Source of the DNA: Thermoplasmata archaeon
GTDB lineage: Archaea; Thermoplasmatota; Thermoplasmata; Thermoplasmatales; ARK-15
Length of the DNA: 62,879 nucleotides
Reading direction: 5' to 3'
Assembly: GCA_038880255.1 (NCBI GenBank)
Contig: JAVZSA010000004.1
Coordinates: forward strand, 1 to 62,879
The notes beneath the pieces were generated by a model. The model was not told where the DNA came from, did not search any database, and was given only the letters and a program-made list of their open reading frames with translations. Numbering within the stretch: position 1 is the first letter of the stretch; every line of letters starts with the position of its first letter. This document shows positions 48,493-57,572 of this stretch, piece after piece. Both the position numbers and the translations under genes were made by a program.

Positions 48493-49707
48493 CTAGATAA
48501 AATAAATATAAATTGTAAATAATATAGAAAAAACAATAAGAATTAATGTTAACCATAAAATAAATTCTCTATATTTTTCATTTTTAAATTTACCCATCAA
48601 TCTTTCATTTGATGTTAGCCTTATTAAAAAAAACAATATTATTGGTAAAAGAACTGTATTTAGTACCATTGCCTCAATCATTAAATTTATAAGATCTGGA
48701 AAAAGTAATGTTATAAATGCAGCTGGTACAATCTCTACGATGTAAAATATATAAAAAGTCCTAGCCTTTGTAATATTGCAATTTAAACTATTTGGAATGT
48801 TAAAATAATCACCTATTGACCATGCTGAAGACAATGAGATTACTATACCAGCAAGAAGACCTGCACCAATTATTCCAATTGCAAAAATATAGGGGGAAAT
48901 TGTTCCTAAATAAGGTGAAAATATTGAAGATAATAACATTATATTTAAATTATCATTTAGTTTTTCATAGAAAAATGATGCAGATATTACCATTATTGCC
49001 AAAACAAGGATTTCACTAAATATAGATCCAATCAAGGTTTCCTTTCTTTCAATTTTTAATGATTCTATAGTTCTTCCTGAGTCCACTAATGCATTACCCT
49101 GATAAAAAATCATCCAGGGCATTATTACCGCACCTATGTTTCCTAAAATAATTGTGAGAAAAGTTATATTTTGAAATTCTGGCGTTGAAACAATGGTTTT
49201 TATGGTTTCAATTGAAGGTCTAGATAGTATTGCACCTATTAAAAATATCAAAAGAATAGAGGATATGTAAATAAGAATATTTTCTACTTTTTTATAATTT
49301 CCACTAAAAATAATATAGGTATGAAATATTAGAACAAGAAGTACAGAAAACCATATAGGAACATTAAATATAAGGCCACCAGCAGCTACACCTGCAAATT
49401 CTCCTACAAATCCAATTGAATTTATGATTACCATTACTGCTATGGATATAAATGATGAAAATTTACCATAATTCTCCTTAATCAACTTTCCAAAACCTTT
49501 ACCTGTAACAAGTGATAATCTTGCAGAAGCTTCCTGAACAAAATATAAAGGAATAATCAAACCAATTATAAGCCAAAAAAGAGAAAGTCCAAACAAGGAT
49601 CCTGTAACTAAGGCTGTAAATACGCTTGGTGCATCAATGTCCGCCATCATTACAATCCAGCCAGGACCAAGTATTGAAAGTATTTTTAAAATATTTTTAT
49701 TTTTCAT
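48493..49707 (-). CDS. NRAMP-family divalent metal transporter (non-canonical motifs)
   Basis: LGPGWIVMMADIDAPS, QEASARL..VTG.G, EFAG, GAVIMPW, LMG. Confidence 0.87.
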   Translation of the reverse strand: MKNKNILKILSILGPGWIVMMADIDAPSVFTALVTGSLFGLSLFWLIIGLIIPLYFVQEASARLSLVTGKGFGKLIKENYGKFSSFISIAVMVIINSIGFVGEFAGVAAGGLIFNVPIWFSVLLVLIFHTYIIFSGNYKKVENILIYISSILLIFLIGAILSRPSIETIKTIVSTPEFQNITFLTIILGNIGAVIMPWMIFYQGNALVDSGRTIESLKIERKETLIGSIFSEILVLAIMVISASFFYEKLNDNLNIMLLSSIFSPYLGTISPYIFAIGIIGAGLLAGIVISLSSAWSIGDYFNIPNSLNCNITKARTFYIFYIVEIVPAAFITLLFPDLINLMIEAMVLNTVLLPIILFFLIRLTSNERLMGKFKNEKYREFILWLTLILIVFSILFTIYIYFI

Positions 49708-50344
49708 ATAATTTCACTGCATATGGTAGTATACCTTCTAGAGGAAATTCGCCCTTTTCAGTTGTTACTATTAAACCATTTTCATATTTAAATTTTATAT
49801 AAATTTTTTTAGAAGGTATAATTCCATAATTTTTTAATAATAATAAAATATTGAACTCTTCATAACTTATTCTTTTCACAATATAATAATTATTTTCATA
49901 GGCATCTAAAAGTTTTATTTCGTTTTTTCCTTCATTTAAATCTATGCTATTTCCATGGGGGCATACTGATAGATTTTCAATTTTATTTAAAATATATTTT
50001 TCAAGCTCACCTTCAATTGTATGTTCTAATTCATTTGAAAGAATATGGCATTTTTCCCAAGGAACATTAAGAAAAACATAAAGAAATGATTCCGATATTC
50101 TATGCTTTCTTTTCGTAATTTTAGCAATTTCTAAACCTTTTTCTGTAAGTTTAAATCCACTATATCTATATCTTTCTATAATCCCCTTCCTTTCTAATCT
50201 CTTTAATTCATCATTTATTCCACCTGGAGAATATTTTAAAATTTTAACCAAATCAATTATTTTTGCAATACCAAAAGTATCTTGGAGTTCATAAATAGTA
50301 TTAATATAATCCTCCTGTTTTTTGGTTAAATTTATGTTTACCAT
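49697..50344 (-). CDS. DtxR/MntR-family metal-dependent transcriptional regulator with FeoA domain
   Basis: QEDY, LTEKG, RKHRISESFL, ELEH, CPHGN; ATG 50344 preferred (ORF track 50365). Confidence 0.9.
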   Translation of the reverse strand: MVNINLTKKQEDYINTIYELQDTFGIAKIIDLVKILKYSPGGINDELKRLERKGIIERYRYSGFKLTEKGLEIAKITKRKHRISESFLYVFLNVPWEKCHILSNELEHTIEGELEKYILNKIENLSVCPHGNSIDLNEGKNEIKLLDAYENNYYIVKRISYEEFNILLLLKNYGIIPSKKIYIKFKYENGLIVTTEKGEFPLEGILPYAVKLYEK

Positions 50345-50349
50345 AAAAA

Positions 50350-50371
50350 AAATTAATGCAACCATTAATTT
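50350..50371. promoter_or_regulatory. Palindromic operator upstream of the DtxR-like regulator
   Basis: AAATTAATG-caac-CATTAATTT, between a TTTAAA TATA-like box and the regulator start. Confidence 0.6.
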
Positions 50372-50418
50372 AAATTTTTTGAATAAATTTTTAAATGTGA
50401 AAATAATACATTCAAACT

Positions 50419-50895
50419 ATGAGTGTTTCTTTTATTCCATTTCAATTACCTAAATCATTATATTATATTGTACAATATATAATTTATAATAACATCTCTA
50501 TTGGGTTATTTTTATTTTTTATATCCATTGTTATGATATTTTTTTCAAAATATTTTAAATGGCTCTTTTTATTATTATTTATATTGTTTGAAATATACTT
50601 ACTAATTACTTTAAATATTTATTTTCCTGATAAAAAATTCGTCCTAACAGGATTCCTTTCCTCACTAATATTTTTACCATTTCTTTATTTGGCTTTAAAA
50701 GGAGGTTATTCTATTACAATATTAAACATAATCTTTTTATCACTTCTTATTATTTTTTATCCAGAATTTCAAAATGTTTCAATATATATTTTTTCTATAA
50801 TTTCCATATTTCTTTTTGTTTTCTCTGTAGTTTTATTTATAATATTATTAAAGATAAAAAGAAAAATTTTCTTACCTAGGGGTGAATATATATGA
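50419..50895 (+). CDS. Hypothetical polytopic membrane protein
   Basis: About 5 hydrophobic segments; ATGA coupling to the next gene. Confidence 0.65.
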   Translation: MSVSFIPFQLPKSLYYIVQYIIYNNISIGLFLFFISIVMIFFSKYFKWLFLLLFILFEIYLLITLNIYFPDKKFVLTGFLSSLIFLPFLYLALKGGYSITILNIIFLSLLIIFYPEFQNVSIYIFSIISIFLFVFSVVLFIILLKIKRKIFLPRGEYI

Positions 50896-51359
50896 CTAGT
50901 CCATTGCAAATACTTGAAACAAGTCCAGGTTTATTAATTCTTTTTACTGTAATTATTTTAATTGTAATATTTGAATCTCTGACATATTTAAGATCAATAA
51001 AATTTATACTTTTAGGGATTTTTTTAGCCAGTTTATTTTTTATAATATTAAACTATTACTTTTATGGTATTAATGCGAGTACAATGGATTTTGTTCTTTA
51101 TTTTATCATCGGCATTGCAATATTACTTGTCCTATCCTTTATGCTCACATTTTTTATTTTTTCTTTATTAATTTTTGATTTACTTATGATACTTCATACA
51201 TTTTTCTTTATGGATCTTAACAGTATCTATACGTGGATTATCGCAATAATTATTTCTATTATAATTTATTTAATTCTCCGACACATTGGAAAAAAATTAG
51301 AAAAAAGTGTATTTAAGGTAGATAATGAATTAAAGGGAGTAAATAGTTATGGAAAATGA
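50892..51359 (+). CDS. Hypothetical polytopic membrane protein
   Basis: GGTGA SD, about 5 hydrophobic segments, overlaps the CYTH gene. Confidence 0.7.
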   Translation: MTSPLQILETSPGLLILFTVIILIVIFESLTYLRSIKFILLGIFLASLFFIILNYYFYGINASTMDFVLYFIIGIAILLVLSFMLTFFIFSLLIFDLLMILHTFFFMDLNSIYTWIIAIIISIIIYLILRHIGKKLEKSVFKVDNELKGVNSYGK

Positions 51360-51876
51360 TCTAGAAATTGAAATAAAATCAAAAGTTGAAAATTTGGAAG
51401 ATTTAGAGAAAAAAATAGTTTTACTTGGTGCAGTCTTTTTAGGTACCGAATTTCAAAATGATTGGTATTTTAAACATCCTTGTAGAGATTTTTCAATCAC
51501 TGATGAGGCATTGAGAGTGAGGGATGTTAATGGAAAATTATTCCTTACATATAAAGGAAAAAGAATTGATAATGAAACAAAAACAAGAAAAGAAATAGAA
51601 ATTACTGTAGATAGTAACATTTTTAAAATTTTAGAATATTTAGGATTTGAAATCTTTATGAATATTAAAAAAGTAAGAAAAAATTATGGTTTGGATAATG
51701 TTAAAATATCGTTAGATTATGTAGAAAATTTGGGAAATTTTATAGAAATGGAAGTTCATGGAAATTATGAAGAAGGAAAATTAAAATTATTTTCTTTGGC
51801 AGAAAAACTTTCATTGAAAAAAATTGAAAGAAGATCTTATCTTGAGATGATGGTGAATAGTTATGAAAAGTTTTGA
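51349..51876 (+). CDS. cyaB: CYTH-domain protein (class IV adenylate cyclase/triphosphate tunnel metalloenzyme)
   Basis: EIEIK, Q.D.YF.HP.RDF, ALRVR, LTYKG, R.EIE, LG.FIEME, RSYLE. Confidence 0.9.
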   Translation: MENDLEIEIKSKVENLEDLEKKIVLLGAVFLGTEFQNDWYFKHPCRDFSITDEALRVRDVNGKLFLTYKGKRIDNETKTRKEIEITVDSNIFKILEYLGFEIFMNIKKVRKNYGLDNVKISLDYVENLGNFIEMEVHGNYEEGKLKLFSLAEKLSLKKIERRSYLEMMVNSYEKF

Positions 51877-52831
51877 GGAAATCACATATAAATATTATTT
51901 AGGAGAAATGAAAGATCATATTTTCTACGAAAAACTTTCGAATATTGAAAAAAATGAAGAGTTAAAACATTCTTTAAAAAGATTATCATTGATGGAAAGA
52001 GAACATGCAAAATTTTTTTATTCAATGATCAAAGGAAAAAAGGAAAAGACACCAAAATATAGTGTTTATATCTCAATATTTTTAAGATATTTATTAGGTC
52101 TTTCTCTTACATTAAAAATCTTAGAAAGAGGAGAAAAAAAAGCAATTAGGTCTTATATTTCTTTACTTAAAGAAGGGGGAATTCCTGAACAATATAAACA
52201 ATCTCTAAAAGCAATTATAATGGATGAAATATTTCATGAAGATTTTTTTGAGCAAAATGAAAAAATTGTTGCTCAAAGAACTGAAAGAATTAGAGATGCT
52301 GTTTATGGAATGTCTGATGGTCTTGTAGAAGTGCTTTCATCCGTGGCAGGTTTAGCTCCAGTACTTTTAATCCCACTTTATGTTGCAATTGGTGGGTTGG
52401 TTGTTGGGATCTCTGGTAGTTTATCTATGGCTATTGGGGCATATCTTTCAGTAAAAGCTGAGAAAGATTATAATGATTCCAAAAAAAGACTAAATGATAT
52501 GAAATCCGAAATAACAGGAGAAAAAATGGTTGAAGAAAAAACTTATTACTCAAATCCATTGAGATCAGCATTGGACACTGGAGTTTTTTATATTATAGGT
52601 GCAATATTCCCAATAATCCCATTTTTAATTCTCAAAGGAGTAGATGCCGTTTTTATGGCCTTCCTACTAGTAATTTGTGCACAATCTATAACAAGTATTA
52701 TAATTTCATTACTTTCCGATACTCCAATAATAAAATCTCTTTTGAGAACCGTACTGCTTACTATCACAGCTGCTTTAGCTACATATACACTTGGAAATAT
52801 TATACACTCAATCCTTGGTATAAATATTTAA
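51863..52831 (+). CDS. VIT1/CCC1 metal transporter with N-terminal rubrerythrin/ferritin-like domain
   Basis: EREH and DEIFH diiron motifs; RDAVYGMSDGL, GSLSMAIGAYLS. Confidence 0.9.
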   Translation: MKSFEEITYKYYLGEMKDHIFYEKLSNIEKNEELKHSLKRLSLMEREHAKFFYSMIKGKKEKTPKYSVYISIFLRYLLGLSLTLKILERGEKKAIRSYISLLKEGGIPEQYKQSLKAIIMDEIFHEDFFEQNEKIVAQRTERIRDAVYGMSDGLVEVLSSVAGLAPVLLIPLYVAIGGLVVGISGSLSMAIGAYLSVKAEKDYNDSKKRLNDMKSEITGEKMVEEKTYYSNPLRSALDTGVFYIIGAIFPIIPFLILKGVDAVFMAFLLVICAQSITSIIISLLSDTPIIKSLLRTVLLTITAALATYTLGNIIHSILGINI

Positions 52832-53194
52832 CTCAGTGTGCTGGAACTTCCTTGTCTTTGCAAGGGGATGAATGCACGCGAGGTATTTATAATGGTACTT
52901 GAAAAAAGATTGCATTCTGTATATGTATTACAATACCACTTCATAGAGGTTGTAAGATATATAATGCATATCTTCAAGGATAGATTATTGATTTCTTCAA
53001 ACAAATAATAGAGGAATATGTTATGTCCTTCACGCTGTTTGGTATTTGATAGAAATTTTTTTTAGGTAACCTAGGCGAGACGCCCGAAAAGGAATATGCC
53101 TCTACAAGTAGCATGCTCAAATACATAAAATGTATTCTTGTGAAGGCAAGCATTGCCCTTGAAATGAGAAGCCCGGTTCGTGGGGGTAGTTCGC
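52832..53194 (+). mobile_element. Non-autonomous IS200/IS605 mini-element, copy 2
   Basis: Homologous to 24212-24614. 5' flank TTTAA; AACT then hairpin TTCCTTG-tctttg-CAAGGGG; tnpA-like MVLEKRLHSVYVLQYHFIEVVRY; tnpB-like CPSRCLVFDR; ends GAAGCCCGGTTCGTGGGGGTAGTTCGC. Confidence 0.85.
52892..53065 (+). pseudogene. Fused, frameshifted fragments of tnpA (5') and tnpB (3')
   Basis: 52892-53008 carries HSVYVLQYHF...VVRY (Y1 transposase N-terminus HsvyxLxYHxvxxvKYR) and shifts to IIDFFKQII; 53024-53065 encodes CPSRCLVFDR. Confidence 0.75.
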
Positions 53195-53210
53195 TATCTA
53201 TTTTTCAGTG
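53066..53210 (+). ncRNA. Putative TnpB omegaRNA/reRNA scaffold plus flanking guide, copy 2
   Basis: Right-end block conserved with copy 1; hairpin AATACAT-aaa-ATGTATT inside ACAAG/CTTGT; RE hairpin more degenerate than in copy 1. Confidence 0.5.
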
Positions 53211-55159
53211 AATCTTCTCCTTGACGCAAATGGGGTAAAAGGTTTCCCATTTCCATGGAAGAACTTAGAAAAGAATTCCACATAATGTAACCTAGCCCCT
53301 TGTATACCTGGTTCAAATATTGCAATAAGTATATTTACAGCATGACCAATAATTAAAACTAAAAATGCAACAATTATATGACTTAATACACCGTAATGAT
53401 AGGCACGTATGAATATTTGATCGAGCACTGATGCTAGGATTACAGCAGCTAACAAAACACCCATAATCCTTGTAAAAGAAAGAACATGGCTTATTATTGA
53501 TGCCATCTCCATAACTGAAAAAATACCCTCACCAAAAAGAATTAAAAATGTACCTATACCTATTAATGGTATTCCTGTATAAATACCTAAAATATTTCCT
53601 AATGAATAAATGGGATACCATTTTAAAATCCACAAACCAAAGATTGTAAAGCCCCATGTAATAAATACCCATCCAATTCTTCCTACCATTTCCTTAAAAT
53701 ATTTTTTATCTCTTTTTCCATAATATTTATAGAGTGAATATTTATTTATAACGCCTAATATTAAACCATAAGTGACATAGATTACTCCAATCCATGCTGT
53801 TATCAATAATAGCTTTGAAACCCCTTCTATGGGGTCCAGTAAAGCTTTATAAGGAAGTTGTATACCAAAATATTCATTAAAAATTGCACCAAATACTATT
53901 CCCCAAAATGATCCAAATATCATTGCTCTAGCAAGCATAGCCCAACTGTAATTTGACATCATTGTTTTTGCAAAATTTCTGATTATTTTGGGTAATAAAC
54001 TTTTTTTGGGAGGCTTAGTTACTCTTTTAAGTAACCAGATAGAAAAAAGAAGTATGATTATCGCGTAACCCACATCACCAAGCATAAAGCCGAAAAAAAT
54101 AGGAAAAATAATCGAAAATATTAATGTTGGATCAAATTCAAGAGAATTAGGCAATGAATAGAATTTTATGAAAAATTCGAAAAATTTTATTCTTTTTGGA
54201 TTTTCAAGTAAAGTGGGGGGTTCTTCTTCTGTTTTTATTTTTTCAAAAATAACTCTATTGTTTGTTAATTTTATCAGATCATTTGATATTTTTTCAAATT
54301 CTCTTTCAGGTATCCACCCAGATATGGCAAAAACGTTTTGGCTTGAAGCCAATTTATTCTTTACTTCATTTTTCCTCATAATAATTTCCAATTCCTCAGA
54401 TATTGCACAAACAAGTCCATAATATTCATCCGAAATTTTTTCAAGTTGATTCTTTAATTTATTTTCCATTTCTTCAAGAGATTTTAATTCATCTTTAATT
54501 TTGTTTAATAATTCTTCTGTTGTTCCATCATATCTTTTTAACTGAAAAATTGATGCATGGAATTTATTTAATAATTCAATTGCCTTTTCTTCAAAATTTT
54601 TTGGGCCTGAAACAAAAAAATTTAAATAATGATCCCCAGCAATTTTATAAATAAAATCATATTTTGAAAGTTCTTTTATTAAATTATTTTTATCTTCTAT
54701 TTCCATTTTTCCAATAATGAAAAAAATATTTTTAGAATTTAAATAATTTGCATTAATTCCTAAAACTCTCAATATTTCCAAACTTTCCATATCATTTTCC
54801 AATAATTTTTTTCTTGCCTTTATTTCTTCAAGTTTATTTCTAATTTCATTTATTTCAGGATCAATTTTTATTTCTTCTATTTTTGAAAATAGATCGTTAT
54901 TATCTGCAAATTTATATTTATTTATAACTTTTCTTGGAAAAAGATATTTTTCAAGACCTTTGAATCTTATATATTGTTCTGAAATCTCTTTTACTTCGCT
55001 TTGAGGAATTATCTTTAAGTATTTTGTTATTTCCTTTTCCACATTTTCAATTTGCATTACTCCTTTTTCATGAAGGTAATCTATTATTGCTTCCTTGTAA
55101 TCGGTTAATGAAATTATGTAAACTTTTTCCATTTTAACTGGTTTTAATACCATTTTCAT
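53198..55159 (-). CDS. atpI: A1A0 ATP synthase subunit I (a)
   Basis: KPVKMEK, GWIP, PPTLLENP, EFDPT, FFGFMLGDVGY, SFTRI, RLHYVEFFSKFF.G.G. Confidence 0.96.
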   Translation of the reverse strand: MKMVLKPVKMEKVYIISLTDYKEAIIDYLHEKGVMQIENVEKEITKYLKIIPQSEVKEISEQYIRFKGLEKYLFPRKVINKYKFADNNDLFSKIEEIKIDPEINEIRNKLEEIKARKKLLENDMESLEILRVLGINANYLNSKNIFFIIGKMEIEDKNNLIKELSKYDFIYKIAGDHYLNFFVSGPKNFEEKAIELLNKFHASIFQLKRYDGTTEELLNKIKDELKSLEEMENKLKNQLEKISDEYYGLVCAISEELEIIMRKNEVKNKLASSQNVFAISGWIPEREFEKISNDLIKLTNNRVIFEKIKTEEEPPTLLENPKRIKFFEFFIKFYSLPNSLEFDPTLIFSIIFPIFFGFMLGDVGYAIIILLFSIWLLKRVTKPPKKSLLPKIIRNFAKTMMSNYSWAMLARAMIFGSFWGIVFGAIFNEYFGIQLPYKALLDPIEGVSKLLLITAWIGVIYVTYGLILGVINKYSLYKYYGKRDKKYFKEMVGRIGWVFITWGFTIFGLWILKWYPIYSLGNILGIYTGIPLIGIGTFLILFGEGIFSVMEMASIISHVLSFTRIMGVLLAAVILASVLDQIFIRAYHYGVLSHIIVAFLVLIIGHAVNILIAIFEPGIQGARLHYVEFFSKFFHGNGKPFTPFASRRRFTEK

Positions 55160-55470
55160 CCTTCCAACAATTTATTAACTATTTTAATCAATTCTTGCTC
55201 ATCTATTTTATACTCTTTTAATTTTTCTATCTTTTTATTCCAATCATTTTCTATTGATTCAATTATTTTATTAATTTCTAAATTAAATTCATTTTGCATT
55301 TCTTTTTGAATATTTTCAAGTTCTTTTTTAGCTGTCTCTATGATTTCCTCCGCCCTTTTTTTAGCATTTTCAATAATTTCTGTTGATTTTTTTTCTTCAT
55401 TTTCTACCATTATTGTAACTTGCTCTTCAAGTTCTTTAATTTTTTTAAGACCTTCATTTATATTTTCCAT
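55156..55470 (-). CDS. atpH: A1A0 ATP synthase subunit H (G)
   Basis: Small helical protein (LKKIKELE, IIENAKKRAEEII) directly upstream of atpI. Confidence 0.85.
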   Translation of the reverse strand: MENINEGLKKIKELEEQVTIMVENEEKKSTEIIENAKKRAEEIIETAKKELENIQKEMQNEFNLEINKIIESIENDWNKKIEKLKEYKIDEQELIKIVNKLLEG

Positions 55471-55540
55471 TCATATCACCATTATAATGATTATTAACAA
55501 CATTATTGTAAATATTAATATATTTATTAACGTAATATTT

Positions 55541-56194
55541 TTAATAAGCCACATTTTCCACATTTTCCCTCTTCTCCAAATTCTTTTTTATCTTTTTTAA
55601 AGTAACAAATGTGTCTCTTTCCATTTCATCAAATTTCATCTTTAAATAATTTGCTTGTCTTTCGAGCTCAGGAATCAAAACATTTTCTATTGCATTTGAT
55701 CTTCTATTTGTTTTTTCAATTTCAGCTAATAATCTTTTCATAGAATTTTCAACCTCAGCTATCTCAAGAATTGTTTCATGGAACTTTTCAAAATCTTTGA
55801 TTGTTTGATCAATTTTTGCAGAGAAAATAATTAACCTATATTTTGGATCTAATAAACCTTCTATTGACTTCTTCCCAAGTTCAGGAATTTTTATACCCAT
55901 TACATTCCTTGTTTTTATTGATATCCCTCGCATTTTCCTTACTAAAAATGCAGCATTTTCAATACCTGTTCTTCCATGGTATATTTCTGCTATTTTATAG
56001 GTTTCATATGCCTTCTTTGCAATTTCATCAAGATTCAATCTTAGATTTTTAGATTTTTGTAAAAGCTTGAAAAATTCCATTACTAAAGCTGCACGCTTAA
56101 ATTTTAATAATTCTAGTCCTCTCTTTGCTAGATTTATCCTTTTTTTTAAACGAAGTAATTCCATTCTTGTAGGTTTTACATTACTGAGTGGCAT
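55541..56194 (-). CDS. atpD: A1A0 ATP synthase subunit D
   Basis: [35 protein letters not shown]; ATG 56194 preferred. Confidence 0.96.
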   Translation of the reverse strand: MPLSNVKPTRMELLRLKKRINLAKRGLELLKFKRAALVMEFFKLLQKSKNLRLNLDEIAKKAYETYKIAEIYHGRTGIENAAFLVRKMRGISIKTRNVMGIKIPELGKKSIEGLLDPKYRLIIFSAKIDQTIKDFEKFHETILEIAEVENSMKRLLAEIEKTNRRSNAIENVLIPELERQANYLKMKFDEMERDTFVTLKKIKKNLEKRENVENVAY

Positions 56195-57572
56195 TTCCCT
56201 TTCTATACCTCCTTCCATATTTTTCTATATGCTCTTTTTTAACTCTTTTCAATTCAGTTTCAGGAATTTCAGCTAATAACTCCCAACCTAAATTAAGCGT
56301 TGTTTCTATAGACCTATCTTCATCTTTTCCCTGTCCTATAAAATTTTTTTCAAATATATCTGCAAAGTGCAAAAATTTCCTATCTTCTACAGTCAATGCA
56401 CCTTCTCCAACTATTGCACTCAAACTTCTTAAATCCCTACCCCTTGCATAGGAGGAGTAAAGTTGATCTGCGACACCCCTATGATCTTCTCTAGTTTTTC
56501 CTTTTCCAATACCTTGATTCATTAATCTTGATAAGCTAAGAAGAACATCCATTGGTGGATAAATTCCCTTATGGAAAAGTTCTCTTGAAAGAACTAATTG
56601 TCCTTCAGTTATGTAACCTGTTAGATCAGGAATAGGATGTGTTATATCGTCACCGGGCATTGTTAATATTGGAAATTGAGTTACGGATCCTTTCTTCCCT
56701 TTTATTCTTCCAGCCCTTTCATAAATTGTTGCTAAATCAGTATACATATAACCAGGATAACCCCTTCTTCCAGGTACTTCCTCTCTTGCTGCTGATATTT
56801 CTCTTAGAGCTTCACAATAATTTGTCATATCTGTAAGGATTACCAATACATGTAGATCTCTTTCAAAAGCTAAGTATTCTGCTGCTGTCAAAGCCATTCT
56901 AGGCGTAATTATCCTTTCCATGCTAGGGTCTGAAGCAAGGTTTAAAAACATTACAGCCCTTTCAAAGGCTCCAGTACTTTTAAAATTATCTATGAAAAAA
57001 TTAGCTTCTTCACTTGTTATACCCATGGCAGAAAATACTACTGCAAAATTTTCACCTTCACCAAGAACCTTAGATTGTCTAGCAATTTGTGCTGCTATTT
57101 CGTTATGAGGAAGACCTGAACCAGAAAAGATAGGTAATTTTTGGCCCCTAACTAAAGTATTCATTCCATCTATTGATGATATTCCAGTTTGTATAAATTC
57201 CGAGGGCTCATCTCTAGCATATGGATTTATAGCATACCCAACTATTTCCATTTTTTCCTTTGATAATAATGGACCTCCTCCATCCCTTGGATTTCCCAAA
57301 CCATCAAAAACTCTGCCCAACATTTCATCACTAACAGGTAATCTAACAATATCTCCCAAAAATTTAACACTTGTATTTGGCACATCTAATCCTGTAGTAG
57401 GACCAAAAACTTGAACTATTGCCAAACCTTTCCTCGTGTCCAAAACCTGACCACTCTTTTTTTCACCATTAGGAAGCGTAATTTCTACAATTTCATTATA
57501 ACCCGCGTTTTCAACATTTTCTACAAACAAAAGAGGCCCAGCTATTTGAGAAATTGTCCTATATTCAAGCAT
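56181..57572 (-). CDS. atpB: A1A0 ATP synthase subunit B
   Basis: [49 protein letters not shown]. Confidence 0.98.
   Translation of the reverse strand: MLEYRTISQIAGPLLFVENVENAGYNEIVEITLPNGEKKSGQVLDTRKGLAIVQVFGPTTGLDVPNTSVKFLGDIVRLPVSDEMLGRVFDGLGNPRDGGGPLLSKEKMEIVGYAINPYARDEPSEFIQTGISSIDGMNTLVRGQKLPIFSGSGLPHNEIAAQIARQSKVLGEGENFAVVFSAMGITSEEANFFIDNFKSTGAFERAVMFLNLASDPSMERIITPRMALTAAEYLAFERDLHVLVILTDMTNYCEALREISAAREEVPGRRGYPGYMYTDLATIYERAGRIKGKKGSVTQFPILTMPGDDITHPIPDLTGYITEGQLVLSRELFHKGIYPPMDVLLSLSRLMNQGIGKGKTREDHRGVADQLYSSYARGRDLRSLSAIVGEGALTVEDRKFLHFADIFEKNFIGQGKDEDRSIETTLNLGWELLAEIPETELKRVKKEHIEKYGRRYRKGNATQ

Noticed and set aside
52675-52902. 75-aa ORF spanning the VIT1 end and the mini-element left end
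   Set aside because: Chance frame across a host/element junction with no recognisable motif.
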